Shown here: one piece after another, positions 26,046-38,600 of the stretch
Position numbering within the stretch: the first letter of the stretch is position 1
Layout: the number at the start of each line of letters is the position of its first letter
NCBI RefSeq assembly: GCF_036321535.1
Contig: NC_087437.1
Span: 63,738,001 to 63,802,000, forward strand
Length of the DNA stretch: 64,000 nt
Direction: 5' to 3'
Origin: Camelus dromedarius
Lineage: Eukaryota
Program-made: the position numbers and the translations under genes
Notes under the pieces: generated by a model
What the model saw: only the letters and a program-made list of their open reading frames with translations
The model's database searches: none
What the model was told of the DNA's origin: nothing

Positions 26046-28985
26046 TTCCTGCTTCCTCCACTCCCCCAGAAACAAACTTTCCAATGACAAAAAATGCTGC
26101 AGACTTTTTCAGTTCCCAATGCGTTTCACAGAAAATAAGTAAGAACTATTTTTAAAATACTAAAAAAAATAAATAAAACAAAACAAAAACCAAAATCCAG
26201 TGCACATGGGCCTGGGATTTTATAAAAAACAGAAACAAAAAATGAAAGCTGTTATATAGAACATCCTGGCCAGCCCATGTCAGCATGCTCTTTCAACCAG
26301 AGGTTCCCAGTATTCATGGTGATGCTGGAAAGGGATTTGGGGTTTCATATCCTCCCGTTTCCTTCGCGTATCTGATAAATAAAGATCTGTAACACTAAAT
26401 TCTTGATTATTACAGTCTGAGTAGTGAAGTTGTACCCACTGAATGCCCGGCTCGCAGCAGTTCTGTTCCAGTCTGCAGTGTGTTTAGCATTCCCTCTCAA
26501 AGTGCTTGACTGCATGCTGGAAGCCATTTATGTCCTATGAAATGCTCTGAAGTTATGGCTGGGACCTTCCCCCTCCTATCTAGTGAATGAATTATACAAT
26601 GTATATGTCTGTGCAACTTCAGGGTAGTGCCTGTAATCAGAAAACAACTAGAACCCTTTTGTTTGTTTTTAATTGAGTCATTACTGCCTGCCACTTCGAA
26701 ATGTGCTTGAATTAAATAAGTATGTGTATATTGTAGAGAAGCTACCTTATATGCGGCTCAGCCTCAATCATACTTTAACAAAATGACAGTTCTCAGAAAG
26801 GGAAAGCTCAGTTTCTAGTCAGTGACAAGTACCTTTCACAGTACCGTTCTCAGAACACCCCTGAGTAAGGTGTCTGCCAAGAGCTGTTCTCACTTAGGGA
26901 CCTGAAGCCAGTCTAGTCGCATAGGAGTAGAGAATCTGTTATTGAAAGCACATGGAGGTGTTACTTTAGAAATGGAGTCTGGAAGAACATTCAGGAATAG
27001 GTTTATATACCCTTATTATTTTATTTTTACATTTTCATTCAACTCTTCTGTTTGGATACTTTTCCTCATTTATGATCCCATGTAGTTCCCACCCAAGCTG
27101 TAAGTCCAGAGGCAGTGAAATGTTCCAGTTGGGCAGTCGTGAGCTAAAAGCAGTATCGTCCCCGCATGGAGGAGCAGCCAAGAAATACTCTGGTCATATG
27201 GACATTGTCTAATTAATGTCATGTCTTCATACTTTAATTGCTAAACTGTGCATTTAAGACTCTTCAGGAAAGGGTTGCATGAAAACGTAAAGCCCAAGTT
27301 TAGACGTGCATTAGGTTTTAAACACAGAATGTTCTTTATGGAACCTTTTTTGCTTTTTTTTTTAATTGGTTGATCTTTGAAAGACTGGCTTACTAGCTTA
27401 TTGACTGGTTATCAGTTAAAATATAATTGCTAATATTTGAAGAGTGTCATAATGGAAAGCTGATTTTTTAAATGCTTATTTTCATAGAAGCTCGAAAATG
27501 AGAAAATGTGCAGCCTAAAATGTAATGCAAGCAGGTGTGTAATAATTTTTTTTTTCAATTGAACATTTAAAATTCTGCTTTTTACAGCCAGCACTCTTAA
27601 CTTGGGCATACTACGATTAGAATCTGTTTGTGTACTTGATAAACAAAATATGTGGGAAAGATTATTTTTCATGCTTTTTCTTTTTCCAAAATAAATTTCT
27701 ACTATAAAATAGAATCAGTTTGGGTTATATTAGCTTTATTACTTAATTTGGATAAGGTTTTTTTCCATTTGTTTTTGGGATAAGTTATAGAAGATAGGAT
27801 GAGAAATGTAGGTTTTCCAGGATTGCTGGATTGGAGGTTTTATTCAGGCCTCTCTATTATAATTTGTCACTACTTGTGAGAAACAGTCTGTGACAAATAG
27901 TGGTATTGCATCAAATCAAACTTTGGCAACAAGAACGCAGCAAACAACTCCCTTCTCACCAAGGGTCTCAACCCCAGTGTGTATTTTTGTCCATCAACAT
28001 TTAAAATGCTCATTGCAGATAAGTAAGGCACGCCACCGTGTCCTTCAGTCACCCCTCTCAGTAACTGGCTTATTTATCTCTGACACGAATTCATTTCTCT
28101 TTGGAAGTGGTGGTGGTCTTTTATGAACTGAGAACATCTCACCCCACCAGGTGTCACATCTTATAAAGTGTGAATGAGGAAGGTGTTGTTCTGGTGGGTA
28201 TTTTGTCAGACTTACCGTTTTCATTTCAGGGCACAGTCAAAAGCATCATCTGCCCAGCTCCCCACCTGATTGGGTGTTTCACATCCCAGCTTTGGGGACC
28301 ACCTTCTGGCAGAGAATTCTTTGAGGTACGCAGTAGTGCTTTGTAGACACGAGCTGCTAATCCGCATCTTGCTGTGTTCAGTTTACTAAGATTGGGATCA
28401 TTCATTTAACACGTACTGACTATTATCAAAGGCACCGTGAGGAGTTAGTCACGGAACAAAGCACATCCTCCCCGATGAAAACGTTCCTCTGGAGCAAACT
28501 TCCGACAGGAAGAGTTTAGATGATGTAGTGCTTAGAGGCACGTGAAGAGATTGTGCCCTCACTTCCACTTGGGTTTTTGGTTATTCATTTATAATTAAAG
28601 GTTGGCATTGATGTGGTACAACCTGCAAATTATTTTCAACTCTGAGTTTCAGATAAAACATAAGACAAAATCAGTACAATACTGCTCCTTTGAAATTTGG
28701 GTAAAAAATTATACAACCGTATATATAGTCATTTTTATATTTTTTCTATGTTGTGAAAACTAAAACTGTAATTTTATAAGTCTTTGATTCACTAAAATTA
28801 TATAATTTAAATGTATTTTTTGTATATTTAGAAATAAGGAGTTCAAAGACTATGCTTAACTTTCTATGCATGCATTTGGAAGCTGTTTTTACCTGACACT
28901 GTTAATGTAGTAATAAGTTGTATTCATAAAATACTGATCTATGTTGCATTTCAAAATAAACTGGCGTGTTGCTCTGCCTGGATTT
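26046..28985 (+). other. HACD2: Probable HACD2 3' UTR (long form)
   Basis: AT-rich stretch with no recognisable interspersed repeats, running from the stop codon to AATAAA at 28955. The exact end is inferred. Confidence 0.65.
28955..28960 (+). terminator. Probable distal polyadenylation signal of HACD2
   Basis: AATAAA with upstream TGTA/U-rich elements and downstream GT/T-rich sequence. Confidence 0.6.
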
Positions 28986-30737
28986 GAAATACTGACCAGT
29001 GGGGTCTAGTGACTTTTTTCACAATGAGTTGGCCTAAAAGTGGTGTTGTAGGATTATGGAAGAGTTTCAGTTCTGTTACGAATTCCAGCTTTCTCTTTAC
29101 AGTTTTAAAATCTATTTCTGCTATATTTCTACTATAGATATTCATAATGGTTCTACACTTACAGGACAAATAGACAGATTTATATTAAGAGGTTTCCAAG
29201 AAGTCATTCTACGAGTCAGTCTTCAAGCTTACCAAGCCGGTCCCCAGCCTGGCTGCAGAAGGACAAGAGATGCCTCATGTAAATGACCGGGAAAAATAAA
29301 AATTAATCAGTGGAAGACTGAGGGCCCTTGTCTAACAATGTTTGTGTGTGGGTTTTTTTATTTGTTTGCTTATCTAACTTTTCTGATACAAGTTGAGAGG
29401 GGAAATACTGTTGCCCAGCAATGTTCATCTTACAGTAAAACAAGTATTTTTGGTCAAGTGGTCAAGTACCTCCTCCTGAAAAAGGCCTCCAAAGACGGGC
29501 CAATCCTGGGAACTGCTTTCAGCACTGACATTCACAGTAAGAAGTCAGGAGAGGACACTGAGAGGATACTCGGCTTGGCCACTTTCCACCTGCTAGTTCT
29601 GGACCCTAAATTTCTTCACCTCAAAATGAAATTTCTGCGGTGTCTGTTTGCTGGGCACTTTCTAGTTATTTCTCTGGGGGATCTCTCTTAGGGTGTCTCC
29701 AGCAGTAGCGTGCCCCCACCTGAGTGCTAGGTCCTTTTAGAGTTGACTGTCACCCTTGTCTAAGACTATGGTCTCTGTTACAAAGAGGAACGTTTTCTTG
29801 CTAAATGCTCTCTGGCCGCAATTTAGACATTCCCAGCACAGTGGTCAGAACCGCCTCTCTCCTCTATATAGAATCTGATCTGCTTCAGAGATAGGCTTTC
29901 ATTTATGAAAAGAAATAAAATTATTTCAGCTGAAATTGAGGAACAGATGGTAAAGTTAATAGCAGAGGCGACCCAGAAAATCCAACCTTTACAATCTTAG
30001 GGTGGTAATGGGAAGCCCGCCAGAGCTTTGTAATTTGTCATTGTCATACTTTGTGGCAATTATGTGTACAATGTTAACATAAGCCCTCGCCTGAAGAATT
30101 ACCATTGGTATAATTAAGAGGCCTACTGTTACACACAGCATCCCAAAATACTGCTGTGTTGTCTTGTTCCCTTTAACAAGAAGGAGACTAGCTGTGCAAT
30201 TCCGCATATTATTTTTTTAATCCCAGCCTTACAAGTAGCCTTACAAGTAGACTGGTTCATTGTACCAGTTTAGTGGTGAAGAAACTGTTCTAAACAACTA
30301 TTACCAAAAATAGCCATACCTATTAACATTCCCCTGCCTGCAACTGGAAACCTGAGTTAGAGTTATGTGGTTTTTTTGACCAATGCTTTTATTTGTAAGA
30401 CTAATCCTCTTTTTTTCAAACTTTGAGAGATACCCCTTAGTGTTATAGAGGTAGGTCTCACTGCCAAAAATAATCCTTTTTCCCACAAAAAGGCAGTTCA
30501 GCGTAAAAGTCATTTGATGAGCAAAAACAAAATGTGTGAGAAGCTGTGTACTTAAGCGCCTAGTATCCATTTCATAAATCTGTTTATGTTTGGAAATTGT
30601 TTTCTGCGCAGTAATTCCAAAACATGAGCTTATTACCACTGCCGCGCTTCCACGTCTGTCTGTGACCTTCGTGGATACAGTAATTGGTTGAAGCCCCAAG
30701 GCTATTAACGCCTCCGTGTCGTCGTAGCTGGGCTTCC

Positions 30738-30753
30738 CCACTAGGGGGCAGCA
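30738..30753 (+). promoter_or_regulatory. CTCF core motif CCACTAGGGGGCAGCA in a small CpG-rich patch (~30600-30880)
   Basis: Close match to the CTCF consensus; local CpG cluster in AT-rich surroundings. Confidence 0.7.
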
Positions 30754-30810
30754 CGTCACAAGCGATCCAGGGCCTTGGAAGTCAAAGGCGCTTGGGACCG
30801 CTTCAGCACG

Positions 30811-30857
30811 AGGGCGCGGAAGGAGCAAGAGGGCGCGGAAGGAGCAAAAGGGCGCGG
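30811..30857. repeat. 2.5 copies of a 19-bp unit agggcgcggaaggagcaa(g/a)
   Basis: Read directly. Confidence 0.92.
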
Positions 30858-33800
30858 TAATGAAAATTAGTCGCAGATTTCCATTGTCCATGTAAAGCAA
30901 AGTCAGTCCCATCTTAAAGCATATTCTGGAGGGATACAGGAAAGAACACTTTTTAAAGCAAAAAAACCAGCTGGGATGCGTGCTTTGAGGCTCCATCTGT
31001 TCTCTTCCTGCTGTGGAGACGTCCCCAGCTGGGACCCTACAGGCTGCTTGGTTTTGAAATGTGGAGAGATTTTGGAGCTGGTCGTCAAGCAGGTGTTAGT
31101 GCTCCTGTTTAATGGAGAGCCTACTTGTTAATCTTCGAAATGTTCAGAAGGGAGGTCAGTTCCCACTCTTCTGTCTCTGGATATTTTTGGAGGGTGGCCT
31201 GGGCCATGAGAAAATGTCAGGCCACCTTATAAGGCCACGTCTGGCCCCGAGAATGCTCGTCTGCGGCACGTCCAGTACACTCTGTGGGTGTGTTAACTTG
31301 ACTCTTGGACTGGGAGTTTTCTCACAGATTTAAAATACTTCTATTCATGCCATGGATTATTCTCACTCTTTAACAGGCTTAAACTCTTCTCAAGAGAGAG
31401 CTGTTTAAATGGCACCAATTTTGGACATACCAAATAGATAACCGAGGGCATATGTAATCCAATGGCCATCGAGTTGATTGTGCTGGGGCAGATACTAATA
31501 GTCTGCTGCGGGTGGTTTATCTATTCAGCTAGTGTATGTCAAAGTGAGAGCCACAGACTATTCTGTGGAGGATGGGAGTGTCGGTATGTTAGGGAGGGGG
31601 ATTTGGTGGTTTAAAAAGTTGCAACATGCTAATCTGTTGGTGACAGCTTTCCTCATCAGAGAATGTTAATCCATCCTGGGGGAAAAAAAAAACAAGAGAT
31701 GGACAGGGACTTAGACTGGGATCTGGGAAGATATTTCTTGTTTTTTGTTTTTAATAATCCACCATCATCAGGTGATCACACATTAGACTGAGAACCACAG
31801 TGTCAGCAACCCTGGACGGAGTCTACCATTTGCTACCCTGCTGCGTATAAATGGCGTCTACCAGTGGATGTGAACGTGTCTGTCTGAGAAGATCGGACTG
31901 GGATCAGCAGCCCCTGTGCTGCCTCACAGGCTTAAAACCCCAAGTTGAATCAGTCCAACTGCCACTCCCCCTATGCCCACACCCCAGTTTTGGAGCACAG
32001 GCTTAAATATCATCTGTCAGAGCCCCTCACTCAGGCTTGTGTCCTTCTTGAGGTTCCTGGTGTAAGGAAATCATCTTCCACACTTCACCCTCATTCCTGG
32101 ACATGACCAGGTGATGGCTGCTTTATCCTGGTGTGCCCCGTTATCTGACAAGGCCTTAGAGTTCCTTTTGCTCTGGGTGGTGGGATCCCACGTCAATTCA
32201 CCATGTAGATCCTTGGGAGCCAGACAAGCCACCACTCACTCTGCACAGAGGAGACAAGAGTCCCCAAGTGGGCACACGACTTGCCTGGGGCCACACAGTG
32301 ACATAGCTGGGACTAGCTCTCTGCTCCCCACACCCATCCATAGCTTTGCTGAGGCTCCCAGCTCTCCCTGTTACCCAATCTCCCCTGCCCATGACCCCTC
32401 AGCCTTCCTCATCAGCCCCCTCCTGCCAGACTCCACCATTCTCACCATTATCATGAACCCCCATGCCCCTGCCCTCCCATTGCACCCTCTTGGCAAAACC
32501 CCAAGCTGGGATCAGTCCAGCTGCTACCCTTCCCTGTGCCTCACTCTTGGGGCTGCCCACCTGGCACACTGTCTGTGATTCCCTTTAAACTCCATCCTCC
32601 TTGAAGCTCTGACTCACTCCCAGCCCAGGATAGACCCCCCCAGTTTCAGAGAAATCCACCATCAGCTAGCATTTCCTTCAACTCTCTGTCACCAGATCTA
32701 TAGTCTTGCCTGTACTGGGTGCACCCTTTTCTTTTCCTCCTGTTAGAATGGAAGGGTGACCCTCTGTCCAAAGTTAATCCTTTCCTTATGCTCTGGATGT
32801 TTACACCACCTCCCCCTATTTAGGGCCCCCTCTCAAGCCATCCCATTCTCTCTGTACTTCCTCTTTGCCATCTTTTCCTATCAAGTACCTCCCCATCTTG
32901 GCTTTGACCCCAGCACTCCACCCTCTCTCCTCCTGTTCTCTGGGAGAGTAACTGCCAGCGCTCCCTACTTCTCACCTCCTACTCTTTCCGTCTCACCAGC
33001 CTGGCTCTTCTGATTATGCCAGTGACGCAGCTCAGTTCCAGGTCACTAGTGACCTCCTTGTTATGAAATATAGTGCATGCTTTGTGGTCCTTGTCTTATG
33101 GCTGAAACTGGGGTACTACCTGCCAGATGTTAGAAATAATGGTATGTTTTTGCAGTAGACTGGAATGCCCGGCAATACCCAGTTCTGGTCCAGAACTCTC
33201 ATTTTCCCTCCATGCACCTCTAGTGAAGGTGTTTGCAAAAGAAATGATGGGGAACCAGTCAACAAAATATGTAATGGTTAACTGTGACTTGAGCCCCAGG
33301 GGAGCATTCTGGTAAACTCGTAGAACGTTCGTGTCTCCTAACCTAGTAAGAGGTAGTCACCCAGGCTGAAGGGAATTGTGAGGCCTGCTCAGCTTTCCTC
33401 CCACCTATTCTTGTCCCTCCCAGCTCTTAGGTCCTACCACTGGGATAGGGAGAAAGGCTGACCAAACACACCATCAGCCCCCGGGAAGAAATACTGAAAG
33501 ATTAAGTGCGTGTGCCACCATGCTTGGCCCCATGCTGGCTTAGGCTGGGAAGGACAAGAAAGTGTCCAAGGAGAAAGAGAACAGATCCAGCTCTGCTTAC
33601 CACTTAAGAGCCAGAAGAGAGACCTGCACCCTGTACACCAACCTCTTAGTGCCCACTGACTCCACTTACTCTCCCTAGCAGATGGGACTCCATCAGAATC
33701 TTGAAACCGAGCATGAAGATTAGCATTCCTCTTCCTTGGGAAGGAGCCAAGATGCTGGGGAGTGAAGAGGGACCTTGGAACCCCTCCCGGGAGCCAGCAT

Positions 33801-33899
33801 TGTTCTTAAAATGATCTTTGCTCTGGACCGCCTGCTCTGCTGTTTTCATTCTGCCTCTTTGACCAAACTTGCTCGGTCTCCTCTGCCTTCCCCTGACTC

Positions 33900-34086
33900 A
33901 GAGGTTCTCAGTGCATCAAGGCTCACCCAGGGAGCGTGACAAAATCAGATTCCTGGCTCCCTTGGACCTACTGAGTCTGAATCATTGACAATAGAGCCTG
34001 GGGCTGCGGGGGTGGGGAGGGGAGCGGAATTCCCACACAATTCCCCTGGGTGATTCTGGGGTAGGGGCTTATTTTGAAGAACACTG
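33900..34086. mobile_element. MER5-like hAT-Charlie MITE
   Basis: cagaggttctca...cagattcctgg...gacctactgagtctgaatc...ggtgattctg...tttgaagaacactg. Confidence 0.65.
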
Positions 34087-34534
34087 GGCTCCTGATCCCT
34101 TGGGTTCTACCCTAACTCCTCACTTCAAACCCAAGACCCTTGACCACCAAGTCCCTCCCGAGCAGATTTGGCCCTTGGACCTGCTCTGTTTGGCCTACAT
34201 TACTTTTCTTTAATTGAATCAGTTGTCAACACTTTTAAATTGAGAGATGTTGTGTAACCATCTAAGAGAAATCAGATGAGGCAGCAAGAGTTCGCATTCC
34301 CATATCCTGGGCATCGGGGAGAACCAGGGAGCGCTGTCCATTGGATCGGGTGCTCGGGAGGGCATCAGGCTCAGGCCCCGGCGCCACCTGTCCCTGTCCA
34401 GCCAGGCCCCTCAGGCACCTGACGCAGGAGCTGGGGAGGAGGAGCAGGGCTGCCTGGCTGTCCAGTCCCCTCTCTGTGCCGATGGCTGCTGGCCTCTAAC
34501 TTAAGCCAGCAACCACTTGAGAGCTCTACCGGCC

Positions 34535-35550
34535 GCCTTCACTTGGGCATCCTGTAAGCACCCCGGGCTCCGCCTTTCCAAAATGAAACTCATTGTCTCT
34601 CCTCCCCACCAGCCCCGTCACAAACCTCTTCCTCCTCCCCGAGCCTGGTCTCCCCACCTGGTTGAATGGCACTCCATCTGCCACATGGCCAAGCCAAGAA
34701 CCTGGGAGTCTTCTCCCCTCTTCTGCTCCCTCACTGGCCCTCACTTTGTTTTTAATCAGCTGCTAAATCCTATCGATTCTATCTCCCAAGGATCGATTGA
34801 ATCTATCAACTTCCCTCCTTTGCTGCCTCTTCTCTTATCCACGCCACCACCATCTCAGCTGGATGGCAGCCTCCGAACCAGCTCTCTGATTCGTCTCTTG
34901 CCCTCCCCTCAAATCCATTCTCCATACAGCAGCCAGAAGACCCTTTTTAAAACACAGATATTATCCTGGCATTCTCTGTGGAAGCCTTCAGTAATTGTTG
35001 TTCTTGGTGTAAGGTCAGAGCCCTAAACATGACCCAGAGACTTCCTGTGGCCTCTGTCCACTGCATCTCCACCCCTCTGCACCCCGAGTTCCACAAAGGC
35101 CTACTGGGCCCTTGGGGTGCTTGGTTCTCACCTCCCAGCCTCTGTGCACCACATTCCCTCTGCTGGGAGGCTCTCATTCCCTCTCTGCCTCCTTCAGGAG
35201 TGGCTGCAGCCTCACCTCCAGGAAGTACTTGCCCGAGGCCCTAAAACTGGCTCTGTCTCCTCATTGATGCTCCCACAGTGTCCGGGGCACCAGGGAAAAC
35301 CAGGAGACCCATAAAATGGGAATTCCAGGTAACAGTGAAGAATGTCTCATGCTCTGTTTTAATTTGAAACCACTGTGACAGTGCCCATATCTGCCCTCCC
35401 TGTGCTCACTGCCGTCTTTTCTCACCTGTTTGCCTGTCAAGACTGCAAATCCCGCAAGGATGGGGGCTCCTCCAAGCACGTGTTCCACTGCATTCTCAGT
35501 GCCCAGCCTTCCACCAGGCTTTGGGGGACTGGCAGGAAACAAATGATAAA
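34535..35550 (+). mobile_element. LINE-2 fragments
   Basis: tccaaaatgaaactcatt...gaatggcactccatc...caagccaagaacctgggagtc...aatccattctccatacagcagccaga. Confidence 0.65.
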
Positions 35551-37798
35551 ATAAAGTCATTTCCGATAGCGGTAAGTTCTTTAAGGAAACTTAGAAAGGC
35601 AGTATGTTAGGAAAGGACCGGGCCTGCAGCTTTGGCTCATGTGCTCAGGCTTGGCCTCTGAACAGTGACCGAAGCAGGATTTGATCCAGATCCCACAGCT
35701 CCCAAAGCCCACAGTGGTCTCCCTCCACCATGCTGCTGCCCTGCTCCCTGGAGCACAGGACACCGGTTGGGGGCAGAGGGTTCATTTAGGATGACGGGGT
35801 ACCCCACCCAGACAGCCTTTTAAAGGGCACAGTTGCTGGCTTCTTAGAGACTTCAGTCCTCCCTGTGCCCTCGGACCCCCTTCGACTGGGCTCCCCTAGA
35901 AGCCCAGTGAATGCAGTGGGGGGTTGAGGTCCAAGGAGGGTTCCACCTTCTGGATTCCAGGCTGCAGAACCCTGCTTGGCACTTCCAGTCTGAGCACTGG
36001 GGGTCTGAGCTTAAACTTCCCCCACCCCATACCCCTCCCCATCCCTGACTCAGCCCTTTCCTCCGGCACTTCACTTTAGCAAAGCTGCTGACAGCTGAGA
36101 GTCTGATTACAAAGACTTCCAGTAGGCCTTTGGTTGCTAATCTGCAGCGGCTCAGGACCAGAGCCCCTCCCCAGGGCTGGGCTGGGCCACGCCCCCAGAG
36201 CCCAGGGTGCACAGATGTGGACCCACATGCCATGGGCATCTCTGTCTACAGCCTAAAACCTACATTTCTTGGCTCTTCTCTGCCTCCTCTCCCCAGCATT
36301 AGGACAGCTAATCAAGCCCCAACTCTCTGAAAGCTCCGGGCACTGATCGTAAGTACCCTGCCAGCGGCTTGGGGCTGCTTCAGTTCATATCCAAAATAAG
36401 GAGAAGACTAGCAGCCCCACCTGCTCTGGGAGGAACTGTCACTCAACACCACCCACCTCATACCTTCCCAAACCTCCAGCCCACGTCATACATGAGGGAA
36501 CTGTGACAGATCAGAACCAGAAGCGTCCTCAGACTAGCCTCGCCACCTCCAACACCACTTGTCCAGAGTTGGAAACAGATGCCAAGGAGAGAAAGTGACA
36601 CAAGTGGTCAGTGGCAGAGCTGGGCCACTCCTCAAGCTTGTATTCCCAGCCTGCAGGATGGCCCTGCAGGCCACTTCTCCATGTGCCATGAGGGAATTTC
36701 ATGCTCCTCCAGGGACCAGAGCTTTCTACCAAGGAAGGAAGAGCCTCAGCAGCCGACACTGTGATTTTCGGTGTAGACTTACAAGGAGGTCAGAGAACTG
36801 ACCCTCCCAAGCCCTGGAGAGGATGTCATGGACACTGCCCATGCCTGGAAGCTTGGGGGACACAACCAGGGTGTCTGTGCCCAGTGCCCTATGAAGCCTG
36901 AGGGCAACAGGAGGAGGGACGTCTGCCCCTCTGGCCACAGAAACCCTGCAGTTATATAGCTTAACCCAGGCCTATGAGAGTTTCCCAAGTTTCCTACAGA
37001 TGTTTACCCAAGAATGGAAGTTTGTGGGCTTCTTCCAGAAGTGCCAGCTCCAGGTTTCAGCCCCTCTCCCCCTGTCAGAGAAGCACAGCCTGGGGTGCAG
37101 CCTGCAAATGTGGGAACCAAGGGCTCTCCCAGCCTCCTGCCAAGAATCTCAGTTCGGAGCCAGGCAAGTTGACTTGCCTGGTATATTTAGAAAAGTCAGG
37201 CTCTGGTTGCTCCCTGTTCCCTTACAAAGTGTGAACTGCACCCATCACATGGAAATGTGATTCACTTCTCAGCAACCAGGCTGAGCTGCTTCCCACCGCC
37301 TCCAAGCAACCCTCCCTCTCTGCCCCACTCAGCCCTCCTGCGCCCGCAGCTTCATGTCCTCCGCTGAAGGCTGAAGGCTGAAGGCTCTGGCAGCACCGTG
37401 GCAGCAGAGAACAGGTAGAAGGCACCTCCATGGTCACAGGCAGGATGGCTCTTTGGCAAATTTTGGTGGTAATGCATTGGTCTCACTTAGCCTGTTTCCT
37501 TTGTGGATATCTGGATGCTTCTTCCTCTCAGCCTCACAGCCTTCAATTCTCAACCCCTCCCCCCCGCCAGCCCACACGGCTCCTGCTGCTGCGGTCTTTA
37601 GAAGCCCTCATGAAGCTCATGATCTTGTGGTGAGACCCTCCTGGACACAAGTGCAGTAAAGCCGAGGTCTCACCCCAGCAGTCTGCCAGCTGAACGTGGC
37701 TTTTTCTTTTTTCTTTTTCTAAAATGATATTCTAAACTGTTTTGGTTACTAACATTTTTGAATTAAGAGTGTTCACATTTTAAAAAATTAATTTCCTG

Positions 37799-37939
37799 GG
37801 GAGAGGGTATAGCTCAGTGGTAGAGTGTGTGCTTAGTATGCACGAGGTCCTGGGTTCAATCCTCAGGACCTCAAGAAAGAAAGGAAGGAAGGAAGGAAGG
37901 AAGGAATCTAATTACCTCCACCCCTAAAAAATTTTTTTT
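37799..37939 (+). mobile_element. Camelid tRNA-derived SINE (Vic-1-like) with internal (GGAA)n
   Basis: A box TAGCTCAGTGG at 37810-37820; B box GGTTCAATCC at 37853-37862; TSD aattaatttcctg at 37786-37798 and 37940-37952. Confidence 0.9.
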
Positions 37940-38139
37940 AATTAATTTCCTGCTTTTCTTGTAAAAAAGACCTGTAGTTCTGGCAACCCTGGGCCCTAGT
38001 CCTGCAGGGTATGTGGAGGGGGTGTGGTGGAGAGGCAGAGGCTCCCCCTGTGGACAGGCGAGCTCTCCGGTTACCTGGCCAGGCTGTGCGTTCATTTGTG
38101 ATTTGGATGTATAGCCCCACATATCTGGGGTCTCCTATT

Positions 38140-38240
38140 ACAGCAGGTCTACACCTGGATGTACCTATATACAGCAGGTATACAGCAGGTGTATATACCT
38201 GGATGTACCTGTATATGGCAGGTGTACAGCAGGTGTATAC
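38140..38240. repeat. Short minisatellite, ~43-bp period, built from an 11-bp acagcaggtgt-like subunit
   Basis: Units at 38140-38181, 38182-38225 and partial 38226-38240. Confidence 0.85.
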
Positions 38241-38429
38241 CCCCACTGCAGGGACACAAGGGGTGGGATTTCTCCCTCTCCTCCTTTAATCTCTCATTCT
38301 TGCGTTCCTCAGTCTCCCCAGTTTATCTCCTTTTCCTCTCCGACCCTCTCTAGTGCCCTGTGTTACTGGTTTGTGTGGTTCAATTTTTTGTTCAGCACTA
38401 ACCTCCCCGACCCCCGCCTGGTTCCTTGG

Positions 38430-38600
38430 AGACAGAGTTCGTGGAGCTTTGGAGTCAGGCCTGAGTTTGATTCCTGCTCCATTTTCTACCCTCACCACGT
38501 CCCTGAGCCTCTCTTACATATAAGATAGGGACAAAATGATACCTAGTTTGCAGGGTTGCCGGGAGAATTAAATGAGCTGTGGCCTTGCTCATTAAATGGT
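38430..38600 (+). mobile_element. MIR SINE
   Basis: gctttggagtcaggcctgagtttgattcctgctcc...cagggttgccgggagaattaaatgag. Confidence 0.7.

Noticed and set aside
27524..27530. miR-33 7mer-A1 seed match AATGCAA (also miR-200b/c CAGTATT at 26308) in the 3' UTR
   Set aside because: Single 7-mers are expected by chance in 2.9 kb of AT-rich sequence; conservation cannot be assessed here
30225..30248. 12-bp tandem duplication agccttacaagt; also (gctgaag)3 at 37363-37386
   Set aside because: Ordinary local slippage with no further structure
30301..30996. 231-aa minus-strand ORF
   Set aside because: No family resemblance; crosses a 19-bp (non-triplet) tandem repeat; no splice support
37799..37872. tRNA-Ala-like sequence with A and B boxes (also 61850-61924)
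   Set aside because: TSD and tails, and no convincing acceptor stem, indicate SINEs rather than tRNA genes
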